From Nitrospinales bacterium (GTDB lineage: Bacteria; Nitrospinota; Nitrospinia; Nitrospinales; VA-1): DNA of 64,000 bases. The stretch is from assembly GCA_965262115.1 (NCBI GenBank), contig OZ253496.1, positions 1,835,054-1,899,053 on the forward strand, given 5' to 3'. Below the pieces are notes generated by a model. The model had not been told where the DNA came from, ran no database searches, and saw only the letters and a program-made list of their open reading frames with translations. A program made the translations under genes and the position numbers. Every line of letters starts with the position of its first letter. Position 1 is the first letter of the stretch. Shown here piece after piece: positions 9,120-18,426 of this stretch.

Positions 9120-10127
9120 CTATTGCTCACTGGCCCTCACGTCCAGTGGGCGGGAGACAAAACGGAAGGGAAGCACCTGGTCTCCCCTTGAGGTGAGTGC
9201 TTCTATTATGGATTGTTTTTTAGCCGGAGGCACGAGGAAGGCTATACACCCGCCGCCGCCCGCACCACAAACCTTGCCCACCAACGCTCCCATTTTCAGG
9301 GCAGATCGAATCAGCCGGTCCATCTCGGGAGTGGTGATGTTGGGAGCCAACTGTTTTCGGGCTTTCCATTCCTTTGCAAAAATCGGGGCCAGACTTTTAA
9401 GTTGTCCCCGGCTCAATGCCTGTTCCATTTTCAGAGCGCAATCGCGAATGGACTTCAGGTGACGGATCACTGCCCGGTTCCCATCCACCGCTTTTTTTGT
9501 GACCTCCCAATTATTGATCCCCGAGTTTCGCGGTTTGCCGGTATAACACAGCACAAAATGCCGGGTCAGTTCAGCAGGGCTGATGGCAAACTTTTCGGTC
9601 TCGGTGCCTTGGACTCCGGGAACGACTTTTCGAACTCCTCCATACATTGCCGGAAAATAATCCTGGCATCCTGCGGGAACCTTAATGACCTGGGTTTCGA
9701 TATTTTTGGCTATTTCAATCATCTCGGTCTTACGGTAACGTCGACCGGTAAAACGGTTGAGCGCCCCATGCAGAGCAATGTTCAAAGCGGAAGAACCGCC
9801 AATGCCCGAGCCCTGCGGAGCCTGACAGTCTGTCAATATTTCCAGCCCCGATTTTGGCGCGTAGAACTTCAACGTGCGCACAATAAGTTCTAAAGGGTGA
9901 TTGTCTGGAAGCGCATTCAGCGAGGGAAAATTGTCGCTCAAACCCAAATCGCGTGAGGTCAGAAAAATCCGTTTGTCTTTTCGGAGAATGATTTCAACCG
10001 TGGCATAAAGATCAATCGCCGCGTTGAGGGTAGGGGGATTATCAAAAAGCAGGTGCAAAGGCCAGATATCCAGCGTGCCCCCGGCCAGATCAATGCGGGT
10101 CGGGGCAGAGCTTTTAATGCGGAGCAC
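9120..10127 (-). CDS. GHMP-family sugar kinase
   Basis: APTRIDLAGGTLD, PQGSGIGGSSAL (GHMP motif II) and GKVCGAGGGG (motif III). GTG start. The last 7 codons (..RASEQ stop) lie inside a repeat unit. Confidence 0.85.
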   Translation of the reverse strand: MLRIKSSAPTRIDLAGGTLDIWPLHLLFDNPPTLNAAIDLYATVEIILRKDKRIFLTSRDLGLSDNFPSLNALPDNHPLELIVRTLKFYAPKSGLEILTDCQAPQGSGIGGSSALNIALHGALNRFTGRRYRKTEMIEIAKNIETQVIKVPAGCQDYFPAMYGGVRKVVPGVQGTETEKFAISPAELTRHFVLCYTGKPRNSGINNWEVTKKAVDGNRAVIRHLKSIRDCALKMEQALSRGQLKSLAPIFAKEWKARKQLAPNITTPEMDRLIRSALKMGALVGKVCGAGGGGCIAFLVPPAKKQSIIEALTSRGDQVLPFRFVSRPLDVRASEQ

Positions 10128-10141
10128 CTGACCCAGGTCTC

Positions 10142-10774
10142 TCAGAGGTTTTCTGAATCTGTATTTGTTCTGGATTCAAGTTCGTCGATCTTTTTGCTCA
10201 GTTTACTGACCAGAGCCGCGTAGGATTCGGTACTGATTATTTTGGAGAACTGGGACCTGTAATTTCGAATCAGGCTAACCCCTTCTATCACAAAGTCGTA
10301 GACCAGCCATTCACCATTACTCTTGAGCATTTTATAATCAACATCAATCACCCCATCCTTGCGAACAATCTGGGTTTTGACCAGGGCATATTTCCCCTTA
10401 ACCTGTTCGTCCACATAATTAATGGTCTCATCCCGATAATTCTCAATTTTGCTGGCGTAGGAGTTTTCAAGTAATCTTTTAAAAAGTCCGGTGAACTCTT
10501 TGCGTTCGGCATCGCTCCGGTCGTTATAATTCTTGGCCAGAGAGCGCATCACCATCTGCTTATAATTGAAACGCAAGCCAATCACCTGGTGCAGTTTTTT
10601 CCTTCTTAGGACCGGATCTTTCTGGAGGTTTTCGTCAGCAACAATCTCCAGAACCTGATCGATGGTTCCCTTCACGTCCGCCGTGATTTGTGTTCCCGCA
10701 AACACCTGCCCAAAACCCAAAAGCAAAAAAACCGCAATCAACGAATAAACCCAAGCATATTTTATGTTCATCAA
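10142..10774 (-). CDS. mlaC: MlaC/Ttg2D-family periplasmic lipid-binding protein
   Basis: Signal peptide, then the typical ...VLEIV.D......R...L...I...F.Y..M...SL...Y...S..E+.EF..LF..LL...Y...I..Y layout. Confidence 0.75.
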   Translation of the reverse strand: MMNIKYAWVYSLIAVFLLLGFGQVFAGTQITADVKGTIDQVLEIVADENLQKDPVLRRKKLHQVIGLRFNYKQMVMRSLAKNYNDRSDAERKEFTGLFKRLLENSYASKIENYRDETINYVDEQVKGKYALVKTQIVRKDGVIDVDYKMLKSNGEWLVYDFVIEGVSLIRNYRSQFSKIISTESYAALVSKLSKKIDELESRTNTDSENL

Positions 10775-11092
10775 AAAATCCTCACAGTTAGTTTCACCCC
10801 GCCGTTTTGAACAACTCTAACAAATATGGTATTTCGAATCAAGCATCCAGCCATCCCCACCATTAAGATAATTCCTCACTTATTTTAACCCAGGAAAATG
10901 CCGATAAGTCATAGGGGACTCAGGCCCATTTTCACCCGTCGAAGTGCTAGCGGGGGTGGAAAAACTCCCCGGATCATAACTTATTTAAATTTTAACAAAT
11001 TCTTTAAAATATTGACAAATTTTGCAGGATTTCATATAGTAGATAAATCTCTAAAAGATCAAAAAAACAATAATTTAGAAAGGTATCCCATC

Positions 11093-12052
11093 GTGGGCCA
11101 TTTCCGTATTCCCCCATTTCTGAAACTATCCCTTGTGCTTTTGGGACTCCTGTTTGCCGGGTGTGGCACCGTTGACCTGGAAATTCGCCACGGTAGCACA
11201 AATACAGGCTTGCAACCCCGATCGGTAGCCATTTTGCCCTTCACCCTTGAGGAGCCGACTCATGAAAAAGTTGCTCCTCACGACCTGTTCCGAGACTGTT
11301 TTTACAATTATTTCAGTTTTCTCGGTTATGTTGACCTCCCCCTGGAAACCATTGACCAAAAATTACTGCAGGCAGGCCTGACCGACAATAAAAAGATTTT
11401 AGAGTTGAGCCCTGAAAAGCTTCGGAAAATCCTGGGCGTTGACGCGGTGATTCGGGGCCGTGTTTTATCCGCCAGCAATTTCACCGGCGGCATTCATGCG
11501 GAAACCTCCCTCAAAGCAAAAATTGACATGCTTGATCTGAGAACAGGAGATGTTCTCTGGGAAACGGAACATAAGGAAATGACCTATTCAGGAATCCTTT
11601 CCCCAACGATTATCGAGATCATCCAGAGTCAAATGGACAACGTAAAAGTAAACCAGGCTTACTTCAAAACAGCCGAGATGTTTTCGATCAACATGATGAA
11701 GGAAATTCCCGACCCTGCTGACAGCTGGAAAGAGGAAATTCGCCTGCCGAAGATCATCAGCATTGAAACCAACTTGAAACCGAGCCTGAAACTGAAACCC
11801 GATGACCGGATCTATGTGAACCTGAAAGGCGACCCAGGACTGACCGGGTACTTCGGTATTGGAAGCTGGAAATCAGACATACCTTTAAAAGAAATCGTGC
11901 CCGGACTCTACACCGGAAGCTACACCGTAAAAGCTTCTGATGATGTAAGCAGTTCTTTGATAATCGGCACTCTGAAAAACAAAAACGGCCTCACTGGAAA
12001 AAAGTTCTACAAAGACGGCATGGCCCAGTTTGATCGTTCATCCACACACTAA
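11093..12052 (+). CDS. Lipoprotein, DUF799/LpoB-like N-domain plus C-terminal beta-sandwich-like domain
   Basis: GTG 11093 follows AGAAAGG. Lipobox LLFAGC. VAILPF....E.....LF.....Y....GY.......I...L......LGVDAVIRGRV...........A.IDMLDLRTGDVLWE. Confidence 0.7.
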   Translation: MGHFRIPPFLKLSLVLLGLLFAGCGTVDLEIRHGSTNTGLQPRSVAILPFTLEEPTHEKVAPHDLFRDCFYNYFSFLGYVDLPLETIDQKLLQAGLTDNKKILELSPEKLRKILGVDAVIRGRVLSASNFTGGIHAETSLKAKIDMLDLRTGDVLWETEHKEMTYSGILSPTIIEIIQSQMDNVKVNQAYFKTAEMFSINMMKEIPDPADSWKEEIRLPKIISIETNLKPSLKLKPDDRIYVNLKGDPGLTGYFGIGSWKSDIPLKEIVPGLYTGSYTVKASDDVSSSLIIGTLKNKNGLTGKKFYKDGMAQFDRSSTH

Positions 12053-12054
12053 CT

Positions 12055-13338
12055 ATGATTTTGGCTAAACACATTTCCAGTCTTCGTCGGTCTTTTGCGA
12101 TGTTGCTTTTGGCAACCCTGGTTTCTGCCTGCGCCTCAGACCTGCAAACCAAGGTGTCCGGACATCTTAATGGACTGTCCAAGCATCAGACTGTGGCCAT
12201 CCTGCCTGTTGAAGCAAACAATGCGGGGCAAAAGGAAATGGCAAAAATGTTCCGGCAAGGTTTATATGCCAACCTCAAGCAATCCAAATTCAATTTACTG
12301 GAAAAATATATTGTGGACGGTCTGCTGAAGCAGAACAACTTGAACGATCCCGCAAGCTTTCTCGCTATCAATCCGATGCAGTTTGGTGAAATCCTGGGCG
12401 TAGATGCCATTGTGTTCAGCCGGATCAACAAAGTGGAGCGCAGTTACTTTATTGTGCATTCCTCTATCGAACTCAGCGTCTCCGTGCAGATGGTGGACAC
12501 GCGCACCGGAGAGATTCTCTGGCGAGCTGAACAAACGGAACATGATTTTTCCGGTATCGGCAAAATCCCAACCGGAATCTTCGCCGCCCTGCTCGCTCCC
12601 ATTCAGTTTGTGACCAATAAATTCAACCTGCGCAAGATGACCTCCAAAATGGTCGATAAGCTGACCGCCCTGGTGAAGAAACCCGAAGATGCGGGAAAAG
12701 AGACTCAATTTGAAAAAACGGTGATCGCAAAAAAATCCACCACCGACTTGAATAAAATTGAAGAGATCCAGCAACTCAGAGCTGAATGGAACCAGGCGCT
12801 GGCTCTGGATGAGGAAGTTTTATCAGGTGAAAGCCAAAAAGAAGTAATGGTTCCGATAAAAAGTTCTTTATCGCCAGTAGGAAAAATTCAAAACGAGGTG
12901 CCGCTGAGAGCGGTGGTTCGCAAAGTCGGTGCCACGGATGCAGAAAGGACCCAGCATCCAACTGCTCCTCCTGAAACAAAAAAACAAAAAACTGTAACAC
13001 CCGTTCCCTTGAGCGCGTATAAAGCAACCCCGGCCACATCTCCCCGCATCAATGACCATCTATCTCGCGTAAAAGCTAAATCCGGCAAAAACTTAAATAA
13101 AAGTCCAACACCAGCGTTATATACCGTGCAGGTAGGGGCTTATAAAACTAAAGCCTATGCTCAAAGTCTTTTGAAAAAACTGGTAAAAAAAGGCTACAAC
13201 GCTTTCGTGGTCCATAACAAGATTTACAAAGTGCAGGTGGATAGATTTAAAAATAAAAAGGACGCTCTCAAACTCGCCCAACTCATCCAGAAAAACGAAA
13301 ACCTGAAAAACTTTGTGACCCCCATCCAAACGGGTTAA
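12055..13338 (+). CDS. Lipoprotein, DUF799/LpoB-like N-domain plus C-terminal SPOR domain
   Basis: Lipobox LVSAC. The N-domain is paralogous to the preceding gene (VAILPVE...LGVDAIVFSRI...VQMVDTRTGEILW). A Pro/Lys-rich linker precedes a C-terminal SPOR-like YTVQVGAYKTKAYAQSLLKKLVKKGYNAFVV...YKVQVDRFKNKKDALKL. Confidence 0.75.
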   Translation: MILAKHISSLRRSFAMLLLATLVSACASDLQTKVSGHLNGLSKHQTVAILPVEANNAGQKEMAKMFRQGLYANLKQSKFNLLEKYIVDGLLKQNNLNDPASFLAINPMQFGEILGVDAIVFSRINKVERSYFIVHSSIELSVSVQMVDTRTGEILWRAEQTEHDFSGIGKIPTGIFAALLAPIQFVTNKFNLRKMTSKMVDKLTALVKKPEDAGKETQFEKTVIAKKSTTDLNKIEEIQQLRAEWNQALALDEEVLSGESQKEVMVPIKSSLSPVGKIQNEVPLRAVVRKVGATDAERTQHPTAPPETKKQKTVTPVPLSAYKATPATSPRINDHLSRVKAKSGKNLNKSPTPALYTVQVGAYKTKAYAQSLLKKLVKKGYNAFVVHNKIYKVQVDRFKNKKDALKLAQLIQKNENLKNFVTPIQTG

Positions 13339-13407
13339 ACCTATGGTCAACGAAATTTTTTCTATTAAAGATATCGGCTATTGGTCAGAAATCAAATTCG
13401 GAATTTC

Positions 13408-13824
13408 CTAATAGCCTTTCCAGCCGTCAGAATAAACGATGCTATCAGGCACCACCTTACGTTTAATAATGGGATATAAAGTTGATGACGAAGCATCGGT
13501 AATGACCTTCGTGTAGACCTTGCCACCCCGCTTTAGAAGCCCAAATACCGGGGTTTTACCGGCTGCGCCCCGACCTCTCTTCCCCTTCCGTTTGCCGCCG
13601 AAATAGCTCTCATCTACTTCAATCTCACCACTAAAAACCCTATCCGCTTCTTGCTCAAGTTCATACGCCAGGGTTTCTCGCAAACGGTGAAAATAATAAA
13701 CTGCGGTTTTGGGATTGACTCGGACAAGGGCCGAGGCACAGCGGACTGTCGTTCCCGCTACAAAATGCTCCATCCATCTATCCTGCTTTATCTTACTTAG
13801 TCGGCTCTTCCTCACAACCACCAT
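13408..13824 (-). pseudogene. IS1595-family (ISXO2-like) transposase, C-terminally truncated remnant
   Basis: EIEVDESYFGGKRKGKRGRGAAGKTPVFGLLKRGGKVYTKVI.D.S..TL.P.I...V.PDSIVYSDGWKGY then stop. The usual C-terminal half is absent. Confidence 0.8.
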
Positions 13825-13925
13825 AATAACACCTGAATAGCGTTATCTGGGTCAGCCCCGAAATTAATTCGGAAGATGGTGCAGGAAATTTCATTGAACA
13901 AACTGAAAGCGCTAACAATATTCTG

Positions 13926-14611
13926 GTGAATATGGAAGCAAAAGCCTTTTCATGGATTCAGGAAGGAAAGACTGATCAAGCAAAGAAAGTTTTATTCAAC
14001 AAGGACTATGAAGAGCAGAAACTGATCTTCTCAAAAGGCATACAGGATTTTGTTAAAGAAATTATTTTGGGAAATCAAAAAGAAATCGATGACAACAACA
14101 GTCGCCTGATCGTCTTCACTTTTGCTTCCAGTTTACTTATACTCTCCAGTTGGGTCGCAGGCCTGATTACGTTCCAAAAATATTCTTCCCAGCGCCGGAG
14201 ATCAGAAGATCTTTCAACGAAGTTTAGCCATATTCTGGATGATTCTTTCAATGAAATATATGTGTTTGACAGCAAGAGTCTTAAATTCCATCAGGTCAGC
14301 AACTGCTTCACAAAATAACCACTTTTGGAGATCGTTTAATAGAAAAAGCAGTGAATTTAGACGAGCAGAGCCGAGATTTTATTAAGCGAATGCAAAAGTC
14401 CGCATATAGAATGAAAAAATTTATCGATGACTTGCTTCGTTTTTCAAAGGTTTCAACCGAAAATATTCCTTTCAAAAAAGCTGACCTGGAACATACAGCA
14501 AAAACAGTTGCGGCTTGGCTTTCTGGCATTGAAGGCTTTGGTTACCGTTTTGATGCCACAAATCTATCCAGCAGATCGAAGAATTTGAGGATTTCGTCTT
14601 CGCTGTTATAA
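13926..14611 (+). pseudogene. Sensor histidine kinase remnants (TM + PAS start; partial DHp), internally deleted and truncated
   Basis: ORF 13926-14318 holds a TM segment and the beginning of a PAS domain (FSHILDDSFNEIYVFD). ORF 14351-14611 holds the DHp tail (IKRMQKSAYRMKKFIDDLLRFSKV...PFKKADL). No H-box or HATPase is present, and the 3' end overlaps the convergent aminotransferase gene. Confidence 0.65.
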
Positions 14612-15681
14612 AAATGCGGCGAGAGGCGAACCAGACCGTCACGAACCGTGATTTTGACCTTTTTCTCCAACATCCATTCATAGAGCTGGCCGATATCCTG
14701 ATTCATGACGAAAGCAATATTTCCGGAGCGCTCCTCCGGTCGGGTGGAACTGTAAACTTTTAGTCCGCGCTGGTTGAGTTGTTCGAGAACCTGATCGCCC
14801 AGAGCCATCACCCGCTTCTCGATATTTTCAATTCCTGTTTCCAGTAGCAGGTCCAGTGCCGCACCAAATGCGTGAATGCTCATCGTGTTGGGCGAACCTT
14901 CTTCAAAACGTTGCGCACCCGGCCTGAAGGCAAACTCATAATTCATGAAGTCTGCGGCATTGACCATGTTTCCCCATCCTACCGTTACCGGATAGACCTT
15001 TTCTAGAGCACCCCTGGAAATATAGAATCCGCCAAGCCCCTCGACACTGAGCATCCACTTATGCCCATCTGCAGAGAGAAAATCGATATGATCGCGTTTC
15101 ACATCCATCGGCAGGAGTCCCAGGCTTTGAATGGCATCGACGCAAAACAAGATGCCCTTTTCTTTGCAGAATGCGCCGATGCGGTTGAGATCACAACGGA
15201 ATCCACTATTGCATTCCACCGAACTGATGGAAATGAGTCTGGTCCGGGCATCCACCTGCTTGACCAGATCGTCAAACAACACCCGCCCCTCAACAGCAGG
15301 AACCATGCGGGTTTCAACGCCCAGGCGTTTCAGGTTCCACCAAGGGTAAACATTGGCAGGAAACTCAATGTCGGGGATGACCACATTGTCGCCCGACTTC
15401 CAACCCAGTCCATTGGCAACGATGGAAAGTCCTTCGGAGGTGTTTTTGACGAAAGCCACCTCATCCGTCCCGGCGTTGATGAGCCGGGCAAAACTTTTCC
15501 GGGACTGTTCGATACCCACCATCCAGGTTTCGTAATGGACCGTGCCGTGGCGGGTGGCGTCATCCACAAATGCAGTCACCACTTTACGCACCCGCTCGGG
15601 CAAGGGAGCCACCCTGGCATGGTCAAAAAAAATCAACTCCCCCGTGACGGGAAACTCTTCTTTGATATTTTCAAAATTCAT
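14542..15681 (-). CDS. Class V aminotransferase / cysteine desulfurase-family protein
   Basis: The layout matches class V PLP enzymes, with the lysine region LSADGHKWM. Start moved to the ATG at 15681 (MNFENIKEEFPV). Confidence 0.85.
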   Translation of the reverse strand: MNFENIKEEFPVTGELIFFDHARVAPLPERVRKVVTAFVDDATRHGTVHYETWMVGIEQSRKSFARLINAGTDEVAFVKNTSEGLSIVANGLGWKSGDNVVIPDIEFPANVYPWWNLKRLGVETRMVPAVEGRVLFDDLVKQVDARTRLISISSVECNSGFRCDLNRIGAFCKEKGILFCVDAIQSLGLLPMDVKRDHIDFLSADGHKWMLSVEGLGGFYISRGALEKVYPVTVGWGNMVNAADFMNYEFAFRPGAQRFEEGSPNTMSIHAFGAALDLLLETGIENIEKRVMALGDQVLEQLNQRGLKVYSSTRPEERSGNIAFVMNQDIGQLYEWMLEKKVKITVRDGLVRLSPHFYNSEDEILKFFDLLDRFVASKR

Positions 15682-15688
15682 TTTGGCC

Positions 15689-16867
15689 TTACGCCGAGTA
15701 GCGGCTCGTCCCTCGTAATATGGACTTAAAACCATATTTGTGACGGATGTGGTCGATGCCCTGATACAGACCGTCCCAACATTGCCCCCCTTTACCCTCA
15801 AACAAATCTTCCTGCCGATAAGGGTGTGCGGTCAACGAAGTGAACGCGATACCGATGAGGCGCACCTGCATACGACGCGTAAACAGTTTGCGGAACAATC
15901 CCGCACAGGTTTTAAATAACGTATGGTCTTCCGCTGTTGGCATCTCCAGTGTTTTTGATCGGGTCACTGTCTTAAAATCGGAGTACCGCAGTTTCAACGT
16001 CACCGTACGGGCAAACAATTTGTTTTCCCTGAGCTGGCCCGCCGCTTTTTCGGTCAGGTAACTGAGTGTGGACTCCAGAAATAACGGGTCTGTTGAATCC
16101 GTCTCCAATGTCGTTTCACGGCTGATCGAGCGCGGGTCTTCAGTTTCGCTGATGACCGGACTGTCACTGGTCCCCCTGGCCTTGCGGTAAAGAGATACGC
16201 CCCATTTGCCATAGACCTTTTCAAGAAGTTCAAGCGGCAGGCGGGCCAGGTCGCCCACAGATTTAACGCCCATGCGTTGTAGTTCGGCACCGCCTTTTGG
16301 TCCGATACCCGGAACGCGGCGGATGGGGAGCGGAGCCAGAAACCTTTGTTCCATTCCTGGTGCGATCCACAACATTCCATTTGGCTTGCAATAAGCCGAA
16401 GCGATCTTGGCCAGCAGTTTGTTGGAAGCAATACCGATGGAAGCGTTCAATCTCAATTCCTCACGAATCTCGTTGCGAATCTTTTCCGCTGAAGCCAGCA
16501 CCGGACCGTGCAGTCTTTCGCATCCGGTCAAATCAACAAACGCTTCATCCAGCGACATCGGTTCCACCAGAGGGGAGTAACGTTTTAAAATTTCAAACAC
16601 TCTGGCCGAATACTCGCTGTACCGCCGGTGCGAACCGCGCAGAAAAATCGCGTGCGGACACAACCTCTTCGCTTTCGCAATCGGCATTGCGGAATGAACA
16701 CCATACCGCCTCACCGTATAGGAGGCGGCCGCAACCACCCCTCTCCCTTCAGGGCTACCACCGACTATTACAGGTTTTCCCTTCAGGGATGGGTCGAGCA
16801 CCTCTTCCACCGACACGAAAAACGTGTCCATATCCACATGCAAAATTCTACGCAGATTCGTATTCAT
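15689..16867 (-). CDS. dinB: DNA polymerase IV (Y-family)
   Basis: ILHVDMDTFFVSVE, SLDEAFVDLTG and GIASNKLLAKIAS; the start overlaps the lexA stop by 4 nt. Confidence 0.93.
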   Translation of the reverse strand: MNTNLRRILHVDMDTFFVSVEEVLDPSLKGKPVIVGGSPEGRGVVAAASYTVRRYGVHSAMPIAKAKRLCPHAIFLRGSHRRYSEYSARVFEILKRYSPLVEPMSLDEAFVDLTGCERLHGPVLASAEKIRNEIREELRLNASIGIASNKLLAKIASAYCKPNGMLWIAPGMEQRFLAPLPIRRVPGIGPKGGAELQRMGVKSVGDLARLPLELLEKVYGKWGVSLYRKARGTSDSPVISETEDPRSISRETTLETDSTDPLFLESTLSYLTEKAAGQLRENKLFARTVTLKLRYSDFKTVTRSKTLEMPTAEDHTLFKTCAGLFRKLFTRRMQVRLIGIAFTSLTAHPYRQEDLFEGKGGQCWDGLYQGIDHIRHKYGFKSILRGTSRYSA

Positions 16868-17457
16868 TTATCAAACTTGCGCAACACACCAATGACCACG
16901 CCCTGAATGGCAAAGTCGCCTTCACGGACGATGATCGGTTTCATATCCGGGTGGGCGGGTTGCAGGCGCACCCGGCCCTTTTCCCGGTAAAACCGTTTCA
17001 AGGTAGCCCGATCGTTATCGATCAATGCCACCACCGTTTCCACGTTTTCGGCCGCATCGCGCCGCTCCACGATCACATAATCTCCGTCCTGAATATGGTC
17101 TTCGATCATCGAATTGCCTTTGACCTTGAGGACAAAGATATCCTTGTCTCCGGCATCGGGCAACAGAGCTATCACTTCACGGTGGTCCATCACCTCAATC
17201 GGCTTACCTGCCGCAATATGGCCCAGCACCGGGTATTCCCGCGCGGGCTCTTCCACCACTTCAATGGCGCGGCTCAAATTATGTTGCTTCTTAATCAGCC
17301 CCTTCTTTTCCAAATGGGTCAGGTGCTTGTGCACCGTCGCCGTGGAACTGAGCTGGAAATGTTTGCCAATTTCCACAATGCTCGGCGCATACCCCTTGGA
17401 ATGGATATGCTCCTTGAGGTACTCATAAATCTCCCGCTGACGTTTGGTGAGATACAT
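16864..17457 (-). CDS. lexA: LexA repressor
   Basis: N-terminal wHTH (LTKRQREIYEYLKEHIHSKGYAPSIVEIG), an AG cleavage site (HIAAGKP) and S24 peptidase motifs (VKGNSM ... TLKR). Confidence 0.93.
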   Translation of the reverse strand: MYLTKRQREIYEYLKEHIHSKGYAPSIVEIGKHFQLSSTATVHKHLTHLEKKGLIKKQHNLSRAIEVVEEPAREYPVLGHIAAGKPIEVMDHREVIALLPDAGDKDIFVLKVKGNSMIEDHIQDGDYVIVERRDAAENVETVVALIDNDRATLKRFYREKGRVRLQPAHPDMKPIIVREGDFAIQGVVIGVLRKFDK

Positions 17458-17599
17458 AATTTTAATCTCCTCATTTCCCTATGCATGTCAGGATAAGCGA
17501 AAAAAACACGAAAATAAAGCTCGCAACGCGGACGGGAAATGGGGCAATTTGCCTTCGATCGCTGGCCCCACGCCGAGTGGGGTGGTATCCTTGAACCCT

Positions 17600-18031
17600 A
17601 TGGCAACGAAACTGAAGCTTCTATTTTTGTGTACCGGCAACTCGTGCCGAAGCCAGATGGCCGAGGGCTGGGCGCGGCACTTGAAGAGCGACTCCATCCA
17701 GGCGTTTTCAGCCGGACTCGAGGCACATGGGCTCAACCCCAACGCGGTTCAAGTCATGCAGGAGGTCGGAGTGGACATCACCGATCAGAAATCGCAGAAA
17801 GTGGAGGAAGTGGAAACCATTCCTTTCGATTTTGTGATCACGGTGTGCAGTCACGCCAATGAGAACTGTCCGGTTTTCACCTGCTCCTCCACCGTCGTGC
17901 ATTTCGGATTTGATGATCCACCCAAGCTTGCGCAAAACGCAAACACAGAAGAGGAAGCCCTCGATCATTATCGCAGGGTGCGGGACGAGATCCGCATCTT
18001 CATCGAAACCCTGCCGGAGGTTTTGTGGTAG
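17600..18031 (+). CDS. arsC: Arsenate reductase, LMW-PTP/thioredoxin-coupled type
   Basis: The CTGNSCRS P-loop at the N-terminus, plus VCSHANENCP carrying the second and third cysteines. Start at ATG 17600. Confidence 0.88.
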   Translation: MATKLKLLFLCTGNSCRSQMAEGWARHLKSDSIQAFSAGLEAHGLNPNAVQVMQEVGVDITDQKSQKVEEVETIPFDFVITVCSHANENCPVFTCSSTVVHFGFDDPPKLAQNANTEEEALDHYRRVRDEIRIFIETLPEVLW

Positions 18032-18060
18032 TCGGCAAAAAGACAAATCACCCCAGCCCT

Positions 18061-18402
18061 TGTGATATTTCTTCCTCAACTTTCATGCCCGGTACGGGTA
18101 CTTTGTAAAAGAGGGGTTCATTGAAGCTCCCCCTTCTACGAAGGAGACCTTTGCATAACCCAAGATTCTTCGTTGCAATAGCTCCTCAGAATGACAAAAT
18201 AGCCTTTTATTGTCATGCTGAGCTAGTGATACTCGACCTTTGCCTTCTTGAGCCTGTTATATCCCCTTCCATTAACTTCATGCCCCGGAGGGGTAGGAGG
18301 GGTGTGTCGAAGCATCTCGCTTTTCTGCTTTATAGACTTACGCAAAGGTCTCCTTCGTAGAAGGGGGTTGGGAGGATTTAAAGCTTCTCATGCAATATGT
18401 AC
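18061..18402. repeat. Intergenic repeat cluster containing a MITE
   Basis: A full F1 unit GTGATATTTCTTCCTCAACTTTCATGCCCGGTACGGGTA (18062-18100), MITE-A (18129-18367), and the shared GATTTAAAGCTTCTCATGCAATATGT unit. Confidence 0.85.
18129..18367. mobile_element. MITE-A copy with perfect 26-bp terminal inverted repeats and a nested 84-bp insertion
   Basis: TIR CCCCCTTCTACGAAGGAGACCTTTGC (18129-18154) pairs with GCAAAGGTCTCCTTCGTAGAAGGGGG (18342-18367). The interior is collinear with 39690-39839, except for an extra block of about 84 bp (about 18223-18306) carrying an F1 unit (18276-18295). Confidence 0.85.
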
Positions 18403-18426
18403 ACTAAACAAATTTAGGACATCTCT

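Noticed and set aside
16297-17496. 399-aa ORF on the plus strand
   Set aside because: It lies entirely antisense to lexA and dinB, which have unambiguous motifs, and its Arg/Pro/His-rich composition is typical of a shadow frame. The same reasoning applies to 45201-46130 (antisense to nadA), 34200-34937 (sppA), 36264-37010 (aroC), 15061-15729 (aminotransferase), 9213-9893 (GHMP kinase), 22508-23101 (icd), 51967-52587 (mpa) and 58145-58726 (SYLF gene).
17458-17599. Search for a LexA operator (SOS box) in the lexA-arsC divergent region
   Set aside because: I found no convincing palindrome of the CTGT-N8-ACAG or GAAC-N4-GTTC types, only ATGCAT within CCTATGCATGTCAGG and a REP-type hairpin (CCCCACGCCGAGTGGGG). 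The LexA motif of this lineage is unknown to me, so no site is called.
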